Origin: Flectonema sp. DT1601
Taxonomy: Eukaryota
DNA: 64,000 nucleotides
NCBI GenBank assembly: GCA_964019425.1
Contig: OZ025783.1
Span: 186,001 to 250,000 of the forward strand
Direction of reading: 5' to 3'
The position numbers and the translations under genes are program-made. Positions 22,415 to 34,196 of this stretch are shown here, in pieces. The notes under the pieces are model-generated. The model made no database searches and was not told the DNA's origin. It worked only from the letters and a program-made list of their open reading frames with translations. Positions within the stretch are counted from its first letter, which is position 1, and the number at the start of each line of letters is the position of its first letter.

Positions 22415-25372
22415 CTATTGATGTAATGCTCTCACCACTGTAGTTATGACAAGCCATGATTCAACCCATCCTTTTCCTTTTGATTCAATTGATTGTAATA
22501 GTTTGATAGCTCTTTCAGGTGTTGCCCGAATGCTACTAAATGGTGATGCCGCGATCGGAGAGATGTAAGTTTCGTATGCCGTTTGCACATTCTGCCATTT
22601 GTTAATATCTCTAACAGAGCCAGACGATACGACTTCTCCGAACACCTCTCGACACATAGAAGATAACCCAACACCTTGAAATGCTCTAAATGAAAGAATT
22701 AAATCAGCCTTCTCACTTTGTGTCTTCGCTTCTACTTTAAAGGTTTTCGTTAAATCTTTCTTAGACGTCAACTGAAGCTCAAACACATTCTCATCCCCGT
22801 CAACTACTCGAAATTCAGGAGACCACTTACTCTTATGAAGAACTTCTTTACTCGACGCTCGTAGCAGTTTGATGTATTTATGAGTTAGTATTAAGTGATG
22901 CTTATCGTTCCCTATGATTAAGTTAAATCCCTTAATCCCTTCGAGAATCGAACTGGCCAATGCAGTAGCAGTTGTGGTATCAATATTAACAAAGAAAGAT
23001 TTTCTTACATTTGGGTGTTTCTTACTGTTACACGTTACTATCTTACCGACATCGGAGACTGATATTTGCATTGAGGGAGAGCTGAAGGGCTCAGTGCTTG
23101 GTGGCGGCATTGGGATTTGGGAAGAAACCGTCCAGTAAAAACTATCTTCATCTGTCTCACCAGTATCTGAATTCTGAACGATGGCACAAATACGTTCACT
23201 ATCAACCGCAGTAGAGTAACCAGGAACAGTCTCTGGAAGAAATTCTATACACCATTGAACCGGCGGTTGTCTGGTAACTGTTTGTTGTTGAGGTGTAAGC
23301 AGTTCCTGACTTGGTTCAGGACATCCCTCCGAAATTACATCATCGTCAAGAGCACATGGAGGGACTCGAACTGCAGCATTTGCAGTTTCACCACAGTAAC
23401 CGTCTGATGTTCTTATTGTGTATTTGCACTCTAAGAATTTCCCAGTGTCACATTTATTAAATGTAAAATACGAATCTTTTGATAACGTTGTCTTATCAAT
23501 TACCCACTGAACTCTTGGTGGAAGTAATTCTTCATCTGAAATGTTATCAATTATTGCTACTGGGTGGATTTGGTTGTTATTCATTACTGTTAAAGACAAG
23601 TCCTTTACAACAGGTGCTGCTCTGGTTACGACCCCACATGTAACACTGCTGGGTGTGCCTGAGATGTTACCATTTTGTGGTGTTACTTCGCAACGGATTT
23701 CCATACCAATGTGATGAGATTGTAAACGAAAAAACGTTCCAGTTGCAAGTCTCTGACGCCTGTGTGGTGATGGTGCATCATGAAGAGTAGAGCTACACCA
23801 CCACGTCACTTCACTACATTCACCACCAGACAAGTCAAAGACTGCCGATAAAGTAGAATTGGTTTGAAGAGTTCCAAGAACTTCTAAATTATGAATTGAA
23901 GGTAATATTATTATCATCGGTGACGTCACTCTAAAGGTCTCTCCATCATCACTCGTAAACACAACTTGGATTCGAGAACCCAAATCATCCGGAGACGGTA
24001 CATATGATAATATATTACTGTCAATAATTTGTCTTCCAAAACGAGTTATGCAATACCATTCAACAGTTCCACATGATAGCATGTCGATAGGGTGCTGTCT
24101 TTCAATCATTTCTGCTACTAGTCTACCGCCAATGCGAGCTTCTCCGTGGAGAAATAGTCCACCAGTACCTTCCCAGTCACCTTCAAAATGATCATCTTTT
24201 GAGAGAACGATAACATCACCTTCTGTGATGTTGAGGTCGGCGAAGGTCTTTCCAATTAACTCTTCGGATGACCATTTGTGTGTTTCATCTTTTTCAATTT
24301 GTGTTGGTTTGAAATTCTGTCCTCTAAGAAGTATTTCTCCAACATCATCCCCTTCTCGAATACGAAGGGAAGATTCACCAGACCTGCCTCCATTAAAAGT
24401 TTTAATTGTTATATTCATTAATGGGTGTTGACTTCTCCGATCACCTGAGTCTACCGGATAAGTCTGATCGAGAGTAAAAGAATCATCTTGTTGACGTCGT
24501 AGGTGATCATCATAACTATCATATCGTCGGATTGATCTCTCAGCATGTCGATTCCGTTCGCTGTTGTAGCTGTCTCGTAGGTATTGTTGTTCGACGTTTT
24601 TGGAGTTATCACGTGAGTTGTTTCGTCTGTTAGGGTATCGATTGATATTGTTGTTGGTGTTATTATTATTATTACTGTTGTTGATGTTATAATCACTTGT
24701 CGGATATCTGTTATAAGAATCTCGTCTTCCGTATGACTTCCTTCCAATACTCCGCTCTCTCGGAATACTTCTTTGATATGAAGAACTCCTTTCAAAGTTT
24801 TGATATCTGTCTCCGTGATAACTCCCATCAGGTCTTTCTCTCATTTCATGTGAGTGTCGACTTCTTTCTCTTGAGTCTCTTTCTCTGGGATAGTCATCAC
24901 AGAAGTACTCATCTCTATTTGGATATTGATTTCTAACATGACTTCCCTCTCTGTAGCTATCGTACCTGTGAGGAGGATCACGACTTCGGTCAGGAAGGTG
25001 TCGAAATGATTCGTCTGTTGAAAATTCATCTCCCTCTCTAAAATCATCTCGACTACGTCTGCTAACTCCACGATGAGCAGGTTGACTACTTTCAAAGTAA
25101 TCATTACCTCGTTGTGATGACATGTAGCTGTTTTCTCTTCCAATTTGCTTGAAAGATCTATCCTCTTGGTATCCACGAGGCACACTATTCCTCCTCGACT
25201 CTGGTGAATCCCATTTTTTTGTAGTTTCACCCAATTCTTCTTTCAGCATTTTATTATCACTTCTCGTTGTATCAATTTGTTGTCGTAACCAATCATTGTC
25301 TGATTGTGTTCTTTTGATTTCATCTTCTAAGTATTGACAATATCCTCCGGCAGTATCACTACCAACATCCAT
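22415..25372 (-). CDS. 985-aa protein: N-terminal coiled coil, R/D/S/Y low-complexity region, then several AIR9-like (A9, Ig-like) domains
   Basis: Long ORF with repeated W...Y/F-x-x-x-x-x-D/H-x-G-x-x-I-x-C/V motifs (SYVPSPDDLGSRIQV, FRLQSHHIGMEIRCEVTP, FTFNKCDTGKFLEC, ISVSDVGKIVTC). Confidence 0.75.
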   Translation of the reverse strand: MDVGSDTAGGYCQYLEDEIKRTQSDNDWLRQQIDTTRSDNKMLKEELGETTKKWDSPESRRNSVPRGYQEDRSFKQIGRENSYMSSQRGNDYFESSQPAHRGVSRRSRDDFREGDEFSTDESFRHLPDRSRDPPHRYDSYREGSHVRNQYPNRDEYFCDDYPRERDSRERSRHSHEMRERPDGSYHGDRYQNFERSSSYQRSIPRERSIGRKSYGRRDSYNRYPTSDYNINNSNNNNNTNNNINRYPNRRNNSRDNSKNVEQQYLRDSYNSERNRHAERSIRRYDSYDDHLRRQQDDSFTLDQTYPVDSGDRRSQHPLMNITIKTFNGGRSGESSLRIREGDDVGEILLRGQNFKPTQIEKDETHKWSSEELIGKTFADLNITEGDVIVLSKDDHFEGDWEGTGGLFLHGEARIGGRLVAEMIERQHPIDMLSCGTVEWYCITRFGRQIIDSNILSYVPSPDDLGSRIQVVFTSDDGETFRVTSPMIIILPSIHNLEVLGTLQTNSTLSAVFDLSGGECSEVTWWCSSTLHDAPSPHRRQRLATGTFFRLQSHHIGMEIRCEVTPQNGNISGTPSSVTCGVVTRAAPVVKDLSLTVMNNNQIHPVAIIDNISDEELLPPRVQWVIDKTTLSKDSYFTFNKCDTGKFLECKYTIRTSDGYCGETANAAVRVPPCALDDDVISEGCPEPSQELLTPQQQTVTRQPPVQWCIEFLPETVPGYSTAVDSERICAIVQNSDTGETDEDSFYWTVSSQIPMPPPSTEPFSSPSMQISVSDVGKIVTCNSKKHPNVRKSFFVNIDTTTATALASSILEGIKGFNLIIGNDKHHLILTHKYIKLLRASSKEVLHKSKWSPEFRVVDGDENVFELQLTSKKDLTKTFKVEAKTQSEKADLILSFRAFQGVGLSSMCREVFGEVVSSGSVRDINKWQNVQTAYETYISPIAASPFSSIRATPERAIKLLQSIESKGKGWVESWLVITTVVRALHQ

Positions 25373-26105
25373 CTTCAGAGATGAGTGTGCTGTAAAATAA
25401 AAGAAATAGATTCTATTTCAGGGGTTATGATTGTTGAAGATTACAACCCGTTGTATCAAGACTTGTGCTCTATTAATGGTGGTAATGGAGCCCTGCTATC
25501 ATTGGGGCTGAACGCGCTTACGAGATCATTGTATGTAATGTTTTGAAAAAATAAAAATTAACCAACGGGTACCTCAACAATGAAGAACAACGTTCCGAAG
25601 ATAGGGTGAATAAAAGAACAAAAATAAGCGGGAAAAATGGAGGAAGAAATAAAAAAGCTTCAGAGAATTCGCGAGCAAAGTAAATAATAGTACTACTCTC
25701 AGCCAAAGGTTTTTTTTTTTTTCTTTTCTTTCGACGGGTTTTTTCCGTTAACCACGCCTTGCTATTTATTAAAAAGGATAAAACAGCATGTCTTTTTTTT
25801 TTTTTCTTCTTTTTTTTTGAATTTATTCTCAACTCAAGGTGCATGACTGAGATTCCGTAAACCATAAAAGGGTCAGAATTCACACACCAATTAGAAAATA
25901 CATCACAGAATATTTCCGTACCGGTACCTGGGGTCAGTCCCTTCCGAATCTGCGCAAAAAAAAGAATTTAGTAACCATAAATTAAATAAATACTTTAAAA
26001 TAATAAATGAAATAATTAATAAATAAAAACAGAGGGTAATACAAATGACCTAAAAAATAATGTCATTGTAATTACAAAAGTGAGAGTTTGAATTGTAAAA
26101 GTAGT

Positions 26106-29100
26106 TCAGGCTGCGTGGACAACAGTGACGTCCTTAATGACGTGTCCATCAGGACCATCTTCGTCCAGCATTTCTTTATGGATGCGTTCACCGTTAACTA
26201 TGTTGTCAGTAGTTACATGACTGGTTCGAATTTCGCCTTCAGGAGTAGATTTCAATCTGTTTTTTACTTCTCTCCGAAATTCTCCATCATCGATAACGGT
26301 TGTCTCCTTGTGAACATGAACACCTTGTCCTTTATCTTCATCCTTTACCAGGGTGGTGATGTGTTCTGTTCCTACATCCCTTTCTGTTACTCTGAGTTCC
26401 TTGCGAGTGTGAACACCTTGATGGTTTGAGTCAACAATCTCTTCGTGTTCCTTCTTCGTTGCAGTAGTAGTATCGATGACAGTGGCTGTGCCTTCCTCTC
26501 CCTTAACGACGGTAACGTCTTTACAAGTAATGTTGTTCTGAGCATCTTTCTTTGTACTCAAATCAGTGTGCACGTGTTCCCCAGCAATGTCTTCATCAGT
26601 GACAACACGAGTTTCATGATACTCACCAGCAGCAGTCGTTTTTGTTGTTTTGATAACCTTCCTCTCAAAACTGCCTTCTCCAGTTACTGTCGACTCCGAG
26701 TGAACATGGGACGAACCTCTATCAGCATCCCTCACAATTGTTGTGATGTGTTTACCGTCAACATCTTTCTCAACAACTCTAATCTGATCCTTTGTTGGCT
26801 CTCCGTTGACAACCTTCTCAACAACTTCATTGTGAACCTTCGCACCACCAGTGACCTGGTCGACTACTGCAGCGAATTCTTTGTCAGCTTTTTCGATAAC
26901 TGTGGCTTCACAAACACCATCTCCATCTATAACTGTTTCTGTGTGGATGTGTTCACCATTGACGTCCTTGTCTGTGGTGACGCGAGTTACGTGAGTTTCG
27001 CTTGAGGGAGTAGTAGTTGTGGAGTTGATGACTTCTTTGTGGTAGTGGTCAGCTTCTAAGTCAGTTACTGTAGCTTCGGCATGAAATTGTTTATCACCAC
27101 TTTCAACATCGCGAACGATTGTTGTAACGTGATTACCTCCAGCTCCTCTCTCAGTCACTTTTACTCTTTCTGTGACTGCTACTCCGTCAACGATCTTTTC
27201 AATCAACTCTTTGTGAACTTTAATTCCACCCGATTCCTGGTCGACTATCGCAGAGAGTTCTTCACCAGGCTTTTCAATGATAGTTGCTTCTCTGACACCA
27301 TCATTATCAATAATCATTTCAGTGTGAATGTGTTCCCCGTTGAGGTCTCTGTCAGTTGTGACGCGAGTCTCGCGAGTTTCACCTTCTGGAGTAGATATGG
27401 TTGTGTTGATGACTTCTTTGTGAAAGCTTTCATTTTCGATGTCGGTGACTGTTGCTTCAGCATGGACATGACTATCTCCACGGTCGACATCACGAATAAT
27501 AGTAGTGACATGCTTACCATCAGTTGCTTTGTCAGCGACTGTAACTGTTTCTGTTACAGGAATACCATCAACTATCTTCTCAACTGTTTCTTCGTGAATC
27601 TTGACTCCAGCAGATACTTGGTCGATAATTGTTGCACTTCCTCTCTCGGAACCGGTGACTACGGTTACGTCTGTAGCAGTCTTCCCATCCAATACCATCT
27701 CAGTATGAATGTGTTCACCATTGACATCTCTATCAGTAGTCACTCGGGTTGCGTGGGTTTCTCCCGAAGAGTTTTTAGCATCAGCTTTGATGACTTCTTT
27801 GCGGAAATTGTCGGCTTCTGTTGTTGTAGTTTCAACACGAACGTGCTCATCATCCGCATCAGCATTGCGAACGACAGTTGTGATGTGAGAACCGTTTGCT
27901 GCGTCTTTTTCAACAACCTTTAGCTCCTCGCGAAGTGGAACTCCATCAATCTGTTTGTCAACAACTTCCCTGTGTACAGTGCAGTTTCCGGAAACTGTGT
28001 CAGTCACTCTGGTGACTTGGTTTGAGTCTTCGATTACAGTTACTTGCTTAGCAACCTGATGATTTGGTCCGTCAGTCTTGAAGTGGGTCTCAGTATGGAC
28101 GTGTTCACCACCAATGTCCTTATCAGTTTTAACACTAGTTTTATGAATCTCACCTGATGGCGTAGCTACCGTGGTGTTGATGACTTCTTTGTGGAAGTTG
28201 TCCTCCTCCATGTCAGTGACTGTTGTCTCTGTGTGGTAGTGTTTGTCACCAACATCAGCATCGCGAACTAGAGTAGTGACGTGTTCACTGCCCACATCCC
28301 TTTCTGTTACCTTCAGTTCTTCGTGTGCGAGGACTCCATCGGTATTTTTTTCAACAACCTCCTTGTGAACCTTCACATCACCAGCGACCTTGTCAACGAC
28401 TTCCACACGTTCTTTGCCAATGGCTTCGATTACAGTGACGTCCTTAACACCATCTTCATTCATTACCATCTCAGTGTGAATGTGCTCACCGTCGAGGTCC
28501 TTGTCAGTAGTGACGCGGGTCTCGTGGGTCTCACCTGACGGGGTAGTCGTGGTGGTGTTGATGACTTCTTTGTGGTAGTTATCAGCTTGCATGTCAGTGA
28601 CTGTTGCCTCAGCGTGAACGTGTTTAGTTCCTACTTCAGCATCACGAACAACAGCTGTGAGGTGTTCACTGCCCACATCCCTTTCTGTTACCTTCAGTTC
28701 TTCGTGTGCGAGGACTCCACCGACATTTCTGTCAACAATCTCCTTGTGAACTTTCGCATCACCAGCGACCTTGTCAACGACTTCCACACGTTCTTTGCCA
28801 ATGGCTTCGATTACAGTGACGTCCTTAACACCATCTTCATTCATTACCATCTCAGTGTGAATGTGCTCACCGTCGAGGTCCTTGTCAGTAGTGACACGGG
28901 TCTCGTGGGTCTCACCTGATGGGGTAGTTGTTGTGGTATTGATGACTTCTTTGTGGTAGTTATCAGCTTGCATGTCAGTGACTGTTGCTTCAGCGTGAAC
29001 GTGTTTGGTTCCTACTTCAGCATCACGAACAACAGCTGTGAGGTGTTCACTGCCCACATCCCTTTCTGTTACCTTCAGTTCTTCGTGTGCGAGGACTCCA

Positions 29101-30665
29101 TCGGTATTTCTGTCAACGATCTCCTTGTGAACCTTCACATCACCAGCGACCTTGTCAACAACTTCCACACGTTCTTTGCCAATGGCTTCGATTACAGTGA
29201 CGTCCCTAACACCATCTTCATTCATTACCATCTCAGTGTGAATGTGCTCACCGTCGAGGTCCTTGTCAGTAGTGACGCGGGTCTCGTGGGTCTCACCTGA
29301 TGGGGTAGTTGTTGTGGTATTGATGACTTCTTTGTGGTAGTTATCAGCTTGCATGTCAGTGACTGTTGCTTCAGCGTGAACGTGTTTGGTTCCTACTTCA
29401 GCATCACGAACAACAGCTGTGAGGTGTTCACTGCCCACATCCCTTTCTGTTACCTTCAGTTCTTCGTGTGCGAGGACTCCATCGGTATTTCTGTCAACGA
29501 TCTCCTTGTGAACCTTCACATCACCAGCGACCTTGTCAACGACTTCAACACGTTCTTGGCCAATGGCTTCGATTACAGTGACGTCCTTAACACCATCTTC
29601 ATTCATTACCATCTCAGTGTGAATGTGCTCACCGTCGAGGTCCTTGTCAGTAGTGACGCAGGTCTCGTGGGTCTCACCTGATGGGGTAGTTGTTGTGGTA
29701 TTGATGACTTCTTTGTGGTAGTTATCAGCCTGCATGTCAGTGACTGTTGCCTCAGCGTGAACGTGTTTGTCGCCATTGGCGGCATCGCGAACTATGGTAG
29801 TGATGTGCTCGCTGCCCACATCCTTTTCTGTTACTTTCACTTTCTCGTGGATGTGAACTCCGTTAACTTCTTTGTCAAATGTCTCTTTATGAACCTTCAC
29901 ATCACCAATTGTTTGGTTAACAATTTTACTGCACTCCTTATCCACAGACTCGATTACAGTGACGTCCTTAACACCATCTTCATTCATTACCATCTCAGTG
30001 TGAATGTGCTCACCATCGAGGTCCTTGTCAGTAGTGACGCGGGTCTCGTGGGTCTCACCTGATGGGGTAGTTGTTGTGGTGTTGATGACTTCTTTGTGGT
30101 AGTTGTCCTTCTCCATGTCAGTGACTGTTGCCTCAGCGTGAACGTGTTTGTTCCCAACGTCGGCATCACGAACTAGAGTAGTGACATGTTCACTGCCCAC
30201 ATCCTTCTCCATCACCTTCAGTTCTTCATGTAAGTGAATGCCATCACAGTCTTTGTCAACAATTTCTGTGTGAATCTTAGCTCCACCTGAAACCTTGTCT
30301 ACAATCTCCAAGTGTTCCTTGTCTTCAGCATCAATCATTGTGATGTCTTTGACGCCGTTTTCATCCATAACCAACTCAGTGTGGACGTGCTCACCATAAA
30401 CATCCTTGTCGGTAGTAACGTGGGTTGTGGTTTGCTCACCAGCAGGGGAAATTGTTGTAGTGGTCGTAACTACTTTGTGAAAGTTGTCAGCCTCCATGTC
30501 AGTGATAATCTTCTCTTCGTGAATATGAACGTCACCCTGATCAATATCACGAACGATAGTAGTGATGTGTTCATTACCAATATCCTTCTCAGAAACAATC
30601 CTATCCTCGTGCTTAGTATTAACACCATCGACAGAAACATTCATTGAGTACTTGGCGGTAGTCAT
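26106..30665 (-). CDS. 1519-aa protein of 12 tandem ~127-aa His/Val/Thr/Asp/Glu-rich repeats, function unknown
   Basis: Uninterrupted ORF. A GEHxHTE-like motif recurs 12 times. The central repeats are near-identical at DNA level with a 381-nt period (antisense ORFs start at 28572, 28953, 29334 and 29715). Confidence 0.92.
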   Translation of the reverse strand: MTTAKYSMNVSVDGVNTKHEDRIVSEKDIGNEHITTIVRDIDQGDVHIHEEKIITDMEADNFHKVVTTTTTISPAGEQTTTHVTTDKDVYGEHVHTELVMDENGVKDITMIDAEDKEHLEIVDKVSGGAKIHTEIVDKDCDGIHLHEELKVMEKDVGSEHVTTLVRDADVGNKHVHAEATVTDMEKDNYHKEVINTTTTTPSGETHETRVTTDKDLDGEHIHTEMVMNEDGVKDVTVIESVDKECSKIVNQTIGDVKVHKETFDKEVNGVHIHEKVKVTEKDVGSEHITTIVRDAANGDKHVHAEATVTDMQADNYHKEVINTTTTTPSGETHETCVTTDKDLDGEHIHTEMVMNEDGVKDVTVIEAIGQERVEVVDKVAGDVKVHKEIVDRNTDGVLAHEELKVTERDVGSEHLTAVVRDAEVGTKHVHAEATVTDMQADNYHKEVINTTTTTPSGETHETRVTTDKDLDGEHIHTEMVMNEDGVRDVTVIEAIGKERVEVVDKVAGDVKVHKEIVDRNTDGVLAHEELKVTERDVGSEHLTAVVRDAEVGTKHVHAEATVTDMQADNYHKEVINTTTTTPSGETHETRVTTDKDLDGEHIHTEMVMNEDGVKDVTVIEAIGKERVEVVDKVAGDAKVHKEIVDRNVGGVLAHEELKVTERDVGSEHLTAVVRDAEVGTKHVHAEATVTDMQADNYHKEVINTTTTTPSGETHETRVTTDKDLDGEHIHTEMVMNEDGVKDVTVIEAIGKERVEVVDKVAGDVKVHKEVVEKNTDGVLAHEELKVTERDVGSEHVTTLVRDADVGDKHYHTETTVTDMEEDNFHKEVINTTVATPSGEIHKTSVKTDKDIGGEHVHTETHFKTDGPNHQVAKQVTVIEDSNQVTRVTDTVSGNCTVHREVVDKQIDGVPLREELKVVEKDAANGSHITTVVRNADADDEHVRVETTTTEADNFRKEVIKADAKNSSGETHATRVTTDRDVNGEHIHTEMVLDGKTATDVTVVTGSERGSATIIDQVSAGVKIHEETVEKIVDGIPVTETVTVADKATDGKHVTTIIRDVDRGDSHVHAEATVTDIENESFHKEVINTTISTPEGETRETRVTTDRDLNGEHIHTEMIIDNDGVREATIIEKPGEELSAIVDQESGGIKVHKELIEKIVDGVAVTERVKVTERGAGGNHVTTIVRDVESGDKQFHAEATVTDLEADHYHKEVINSTTTTPSSETHVTRVTTDKDVNGEHIHTETVIDGDGVCEATVIEKADKEFAAVVDQVTGGAKVHNEVVEKVVNGEPTKDQIRVVEKDVDGKHITTIVRDADRGSSHVHSESTVTGEGSFERKVIKTTKTTAAGEYHETRVVTDEDIAGEHVHTDLSTKKDAQNNITCKDVTVVKGEEGTATVIDTTTATKKEHEEIVDSNHQGVHTRKELRVTERDVGTEHITTLVKDEDKGQGVHVHKETTVIDDGEFRREVKNRLKSTPEGEIRTSHVTTDNIVNGERIHKEMLDEDGPDGHVIKDVTVVHAA

Positions 30666-31238
30666 TTTAAAGTAGAGTTTGAGGTTTTTTTTAAGAGTGC
30701 GAAAATATAATCTGAGGGAGGTTTTAAAGAAGTAAATAACAAGTCACGCAGATATTAAAAGACGTGCAGCTTTCGGTAATCATTCTCGGCAGAGAAGCGA
30801 TTTAATGCGTTTTTTTTTTTTTTTCTTTTTTCTTTTTTTTGAATTATGCGCAAAAAAAATAATAACAATAATAAAATACCATACTTGTGAAAAAATTAAT
30901 TTCTTTTTGTTGAATCTTGTCGCTTAAGTGGAAAATGTTAAAGGAGGGGACAGTTGCTCACTATATAGCCGCGATGATGAATAGCTTCCCAAGTAGTCCC
31001 AAGTTAAACGATGTTGTCAGGGATGCCTGGGAACAATACCCACCAAAGTTCAATAGTATTTAATCTGCAAGCAGCTCAACTGATGATTCTAATATAGAAA
31101 ACATCCTATAGTGTGAATGGTTCATGCTATTCTTAACGCGTGTACTTTTCCCCACAAAAATTAAGTTTTTCACAAGTATGAAATATATAGAATAAGGGAG
31201 AGAATGTTTTTGTTTTTTTTTCCTTCTTTTTCTTGAAT

Positions 31239-32084
31239 TCAGCATTCGATCTCATTGTTATCGAAGTTTGTTTTATTGCTATTATCATCACCGGTCTTAG
31301 TACAGCCACTCACTGACATCTCTTCCATCACTACTCCTGACAGATCGTCTGTTTGTGGAATATCTCTCATTTTGTGATACCAAAGAGCTACCAACGCCAT
31401 ACAAATAAGAACCCCAATTACGGTAAATAACAACATTCCAAGAAGAAGCGTTTCGTTGTTGCCACTGGAAGGGGTCCTTATCTCTGAATGTGATGGTGAG
31501 AAAGTAAACTTTGGTGCTGCAGTTCGGGGGATCTCATTTAGTGAGATACAGTGAGAGCCATTCCAGTGAGCAAAGCAAGGTTGGCAGTAGATTCCAAAAT
31601 GAGACGCTGCACATTCAGAACAGCTCTCTCCTGTGAACTGAGGTTCACAAATACATTCTCCAGTAATTGGAGAACACTCTCCTCTAAAACAGCTATCAGG
31701 AGCACAGTAGACATCACATTGAGGATGATTATGAAAAGGGAGACAACACGAATCGCAGTTGTCTCCGCAGATGTACTCGTCGCAGATGCAAAGACCCTGC
31801 CGTCCACAATTACCAGCCCTGTTGCAGGTTATTTCGTCGTCACAAAACTGTGTACAATCATCCCCATAAAACTTTGCTCCGCATACATTGCAGGCACTAC
31901 CAGAGTAGCATTCCCAGCTTGTGCACCTACAGTCACACATACCGTTGTCATTGCAAACACCGTTCCCTGAGCAGGTGGTGTCAGGATTGCAATACCTGTC
32001 GCAATTTGTTCCGAAATATCCTTCTTCGCAAGCGTGTACTCCCAACACGAGTAGTGTAGTTATCAAAAGTGAAATCACAGTCAT
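31239..32084 (-). CDS. Type I membrane protein with EGF / laminin-EGF-like repeats
   Basis: Signal peptide, CxCxxx(Y/F)xGxxC repeats, TM helix LLLGMLLFTVIGVLICMALVALW and a short cytosolic tail. Confidence 0.9.
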   Translation of the reverse strand: MTVISLLITTLLVLGVHACEEGYFGTNCDRYCNPDTTCSGNGVCNDNGMCDCRCTSWECYSGSACNVCGAKFYGDDCTQFCDDEITCNRAGNCGRQGLCICDEYICGDNCDSCCLPFHNHPQCDVYCAPDSCFRGECSPITGECICEPQFTGESCSECAASHFGIYCQPCFAHWNGSHCISLNEIPRTAAPKFTFSPSHSEIRTPSSGNNETLLLGMLLFTVIGVLICMALVALWYHKMRDIPQTDDLSGVVMEEMSVSGCTKTGDDNSNKTNFDNNEIEC

Positions 32085-32380
32085 TTGAAATCAAGCATTG
32101 TGTTACCTTTTTTCAGGTAAAGAAAAAAAAAAGAATAAAGAACCTGATAAGCGAACCTAACCTGAGTGAGTCCTAACAAACTATTTTATGATGATTCTGA
32201 CGAGAGAAGTAAAAAATAAACAACAGTCCGGTAGTTATCTTACATTTATAATCAAAGGCGTGTTTAACTCTTTTCCTCAGCAAGAATCTTCGTTCATTGT
32301 CATTGTGACTGGTGAAGACACTCGCTTAGACGTGGGACGCATGCGATTGGTATAAGTGGGGATCGGAAAAAATGAATGCA

Positions 32381-32411
<31 letters not shown>

Positions 32412-32893
32412 GATGTGAATGAAAATACAACGAAAAAGTTGAGCTGTCCGTGTATTTTTTTGTATTTCTAAAAAATTTGAAATGCATTTAATCAAATAAT
32501 TAGAAATACGAAAGAGAGAGAAAAAGATGAGATCAGCGAGAATGCCCAATCCCACCAATTTTTTTTTCTTTTTTTTGCTGCCACAATTTCATTTTCACAT
32601 CCAAAGAATTGGTTCGTCTAGATCAAAAAATAAATTGATTATGGCTCAAAAATTGCACCAAAAAAAAAATAAAAAAAGAAAACTAACTAATTACCAAAAG
32701 AGTAGCTCAAAATACACCGAAGTGATATTTTGACAAACTAGAAAAAACAGGAACAAATTTTTTTAAACTCAAAACAAAATAGCAATAAGATTAACTGAGA
32801 GAAATACGACAGAATATTTAGCTTTCATTTAATAGTAGCTAAGACAATTAGTATTACGCTCGTACATAACAAAAAATAATGTTAGTAGTAAGC

Positions 32894-32972
32894 AACCAGA
32901 AATCGTTGTCGAATCTGGCAGTTTGGGGGCCACTGCAAATTGGGCACCCCTTTCCTTGCAGTCTGTTACAAC
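32894..32972 (+). ncRNA. Candidate structured RNA motif, copy 2
   Basis: aaccag..gttgt-cgaat-ctggca-gtttg-ggggcc-[actgcaa..ttgcagt]-ctgtt-acaac. The CGAAU/GUUUG stem is kept by two G-U pairs on the + strand. Confidence 0.5.
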
Positions 32973-33094
32973 TCGTTTCTTTCTTTCTTTCTTTTTTTTT
33001 TTTTTTTTGTCTTTGGTTAACGTAAGTTTTTATTCCCTTAAAAAAAGGGTATTTTTGGGATCAGTCCCAAAAAAAACAAAAAAAAAAAATATAT

Positions 33095-34196
33095 CAGTCA
33101 TTCCTTTTTTTTGCGAACAAAAAACACCATTTTCTCGCCGCCTGAGCAAGGTTACACGATATGTTACTTTTGCTCGATTTTTTATTTTTTGGAATCGGGG
33201 AGGGTGCGATCTGTAAAATTAGGCATTGGGATATACTTTTAAACATGGTAAGTGCTGCTAAAAAGAGATAAACGTCTCTTTGCAAGATTTCCTTGGTACT
33301 ACTCAATGATAAATATTAATCCCAGACCTGGAATGGAAAGATCGAGAAAATCTGAGTAAAAAACACCCCTAATTTTTTCTTTTTACTATTTTCTTTCCTT
33401 CTCCCGCACTCAAGAGATATGCACCTTTTTACTAACTAATCAACCCTAGTAGCAATTATGTAAGGAAAATGTTGCATCTGTGGTGGTGATAATGGCCCAC
33501 TTGTTGGAAGCTTCCCTGAAGTAGTTGTCAAAACATTGGTTCGGCGTGCTGAGAATGTTACTTCTGAGTCACGTGTCACCATCACCAACTACACCCTCGT
33601 GTAAATCAGGAAACCGGAGCCTCACTCAGGATATCACCGAATGGTGGATGTCCGAGGCATCAGAACCATACAACTACTGAGAGTCAGACAGCACTTCTTC
33701 CGAGTATGAGAAGTCTTCCATCAGCACTAGCTATGATGATGATGATGATGATGATATCACTTCATGTGGCTCAGATAGCTCATAATTCATCATAAGTTGT
33801 GACTTCACATAAAGAAAGTGTTGTACAAGTGTTTTCATTAAGTATCAAAGTAGGTCCAAAAAGACAGGTAGTAACAATCTGCCTCACCGGCACATGCTTA
33901 GTACTCTTTAATATTTTTGCTCGATTGTTTTTTCTCTGGATCCCGCTGGGCCAGCAGTGTAAAATTAGACCCTTCGACTAATTTTTAGTTTTGGTACTTG
34001 TCCACGACTGAGCTGATTTAGTAAACCACAAAATCTCTTTTCTCAATTCGGGAGACAAGTAACCTCCCGATTTCGGACGGAAATGAACCGAACGATGCAG
34101 CGCATTAAAATGCCGCTTCGATCGAAATTTTTAGCATTTTTTTTTGAAAAAAATTTTCAGTGTCCAGAATTTGGTCGCAAAAAAAAGGAATGACTG
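33095..34196. mobile_element. Non-autonomous ~1.1-kb DNA transposon with terminal inverted repeats
   Basis: cagtcattcctttt..ttgcgaacaa on the left is the reverse complement of ttggtcgcaaaa..ggaatgactg on the right. ATAT flanks both ends (33091-33094 and 34197-34200). The interior has broken coding remnants (KCCICG...SRV and an acidic tail). Confidence 0.85.

Noticed and set aside
26088..30647. Series of + strand ORFs (85-280 aa) over the repeat protein
   Set aside because: Antisense shadows of the codon-biased minus-strand repeat gene; they repeat with its 381-nt period.
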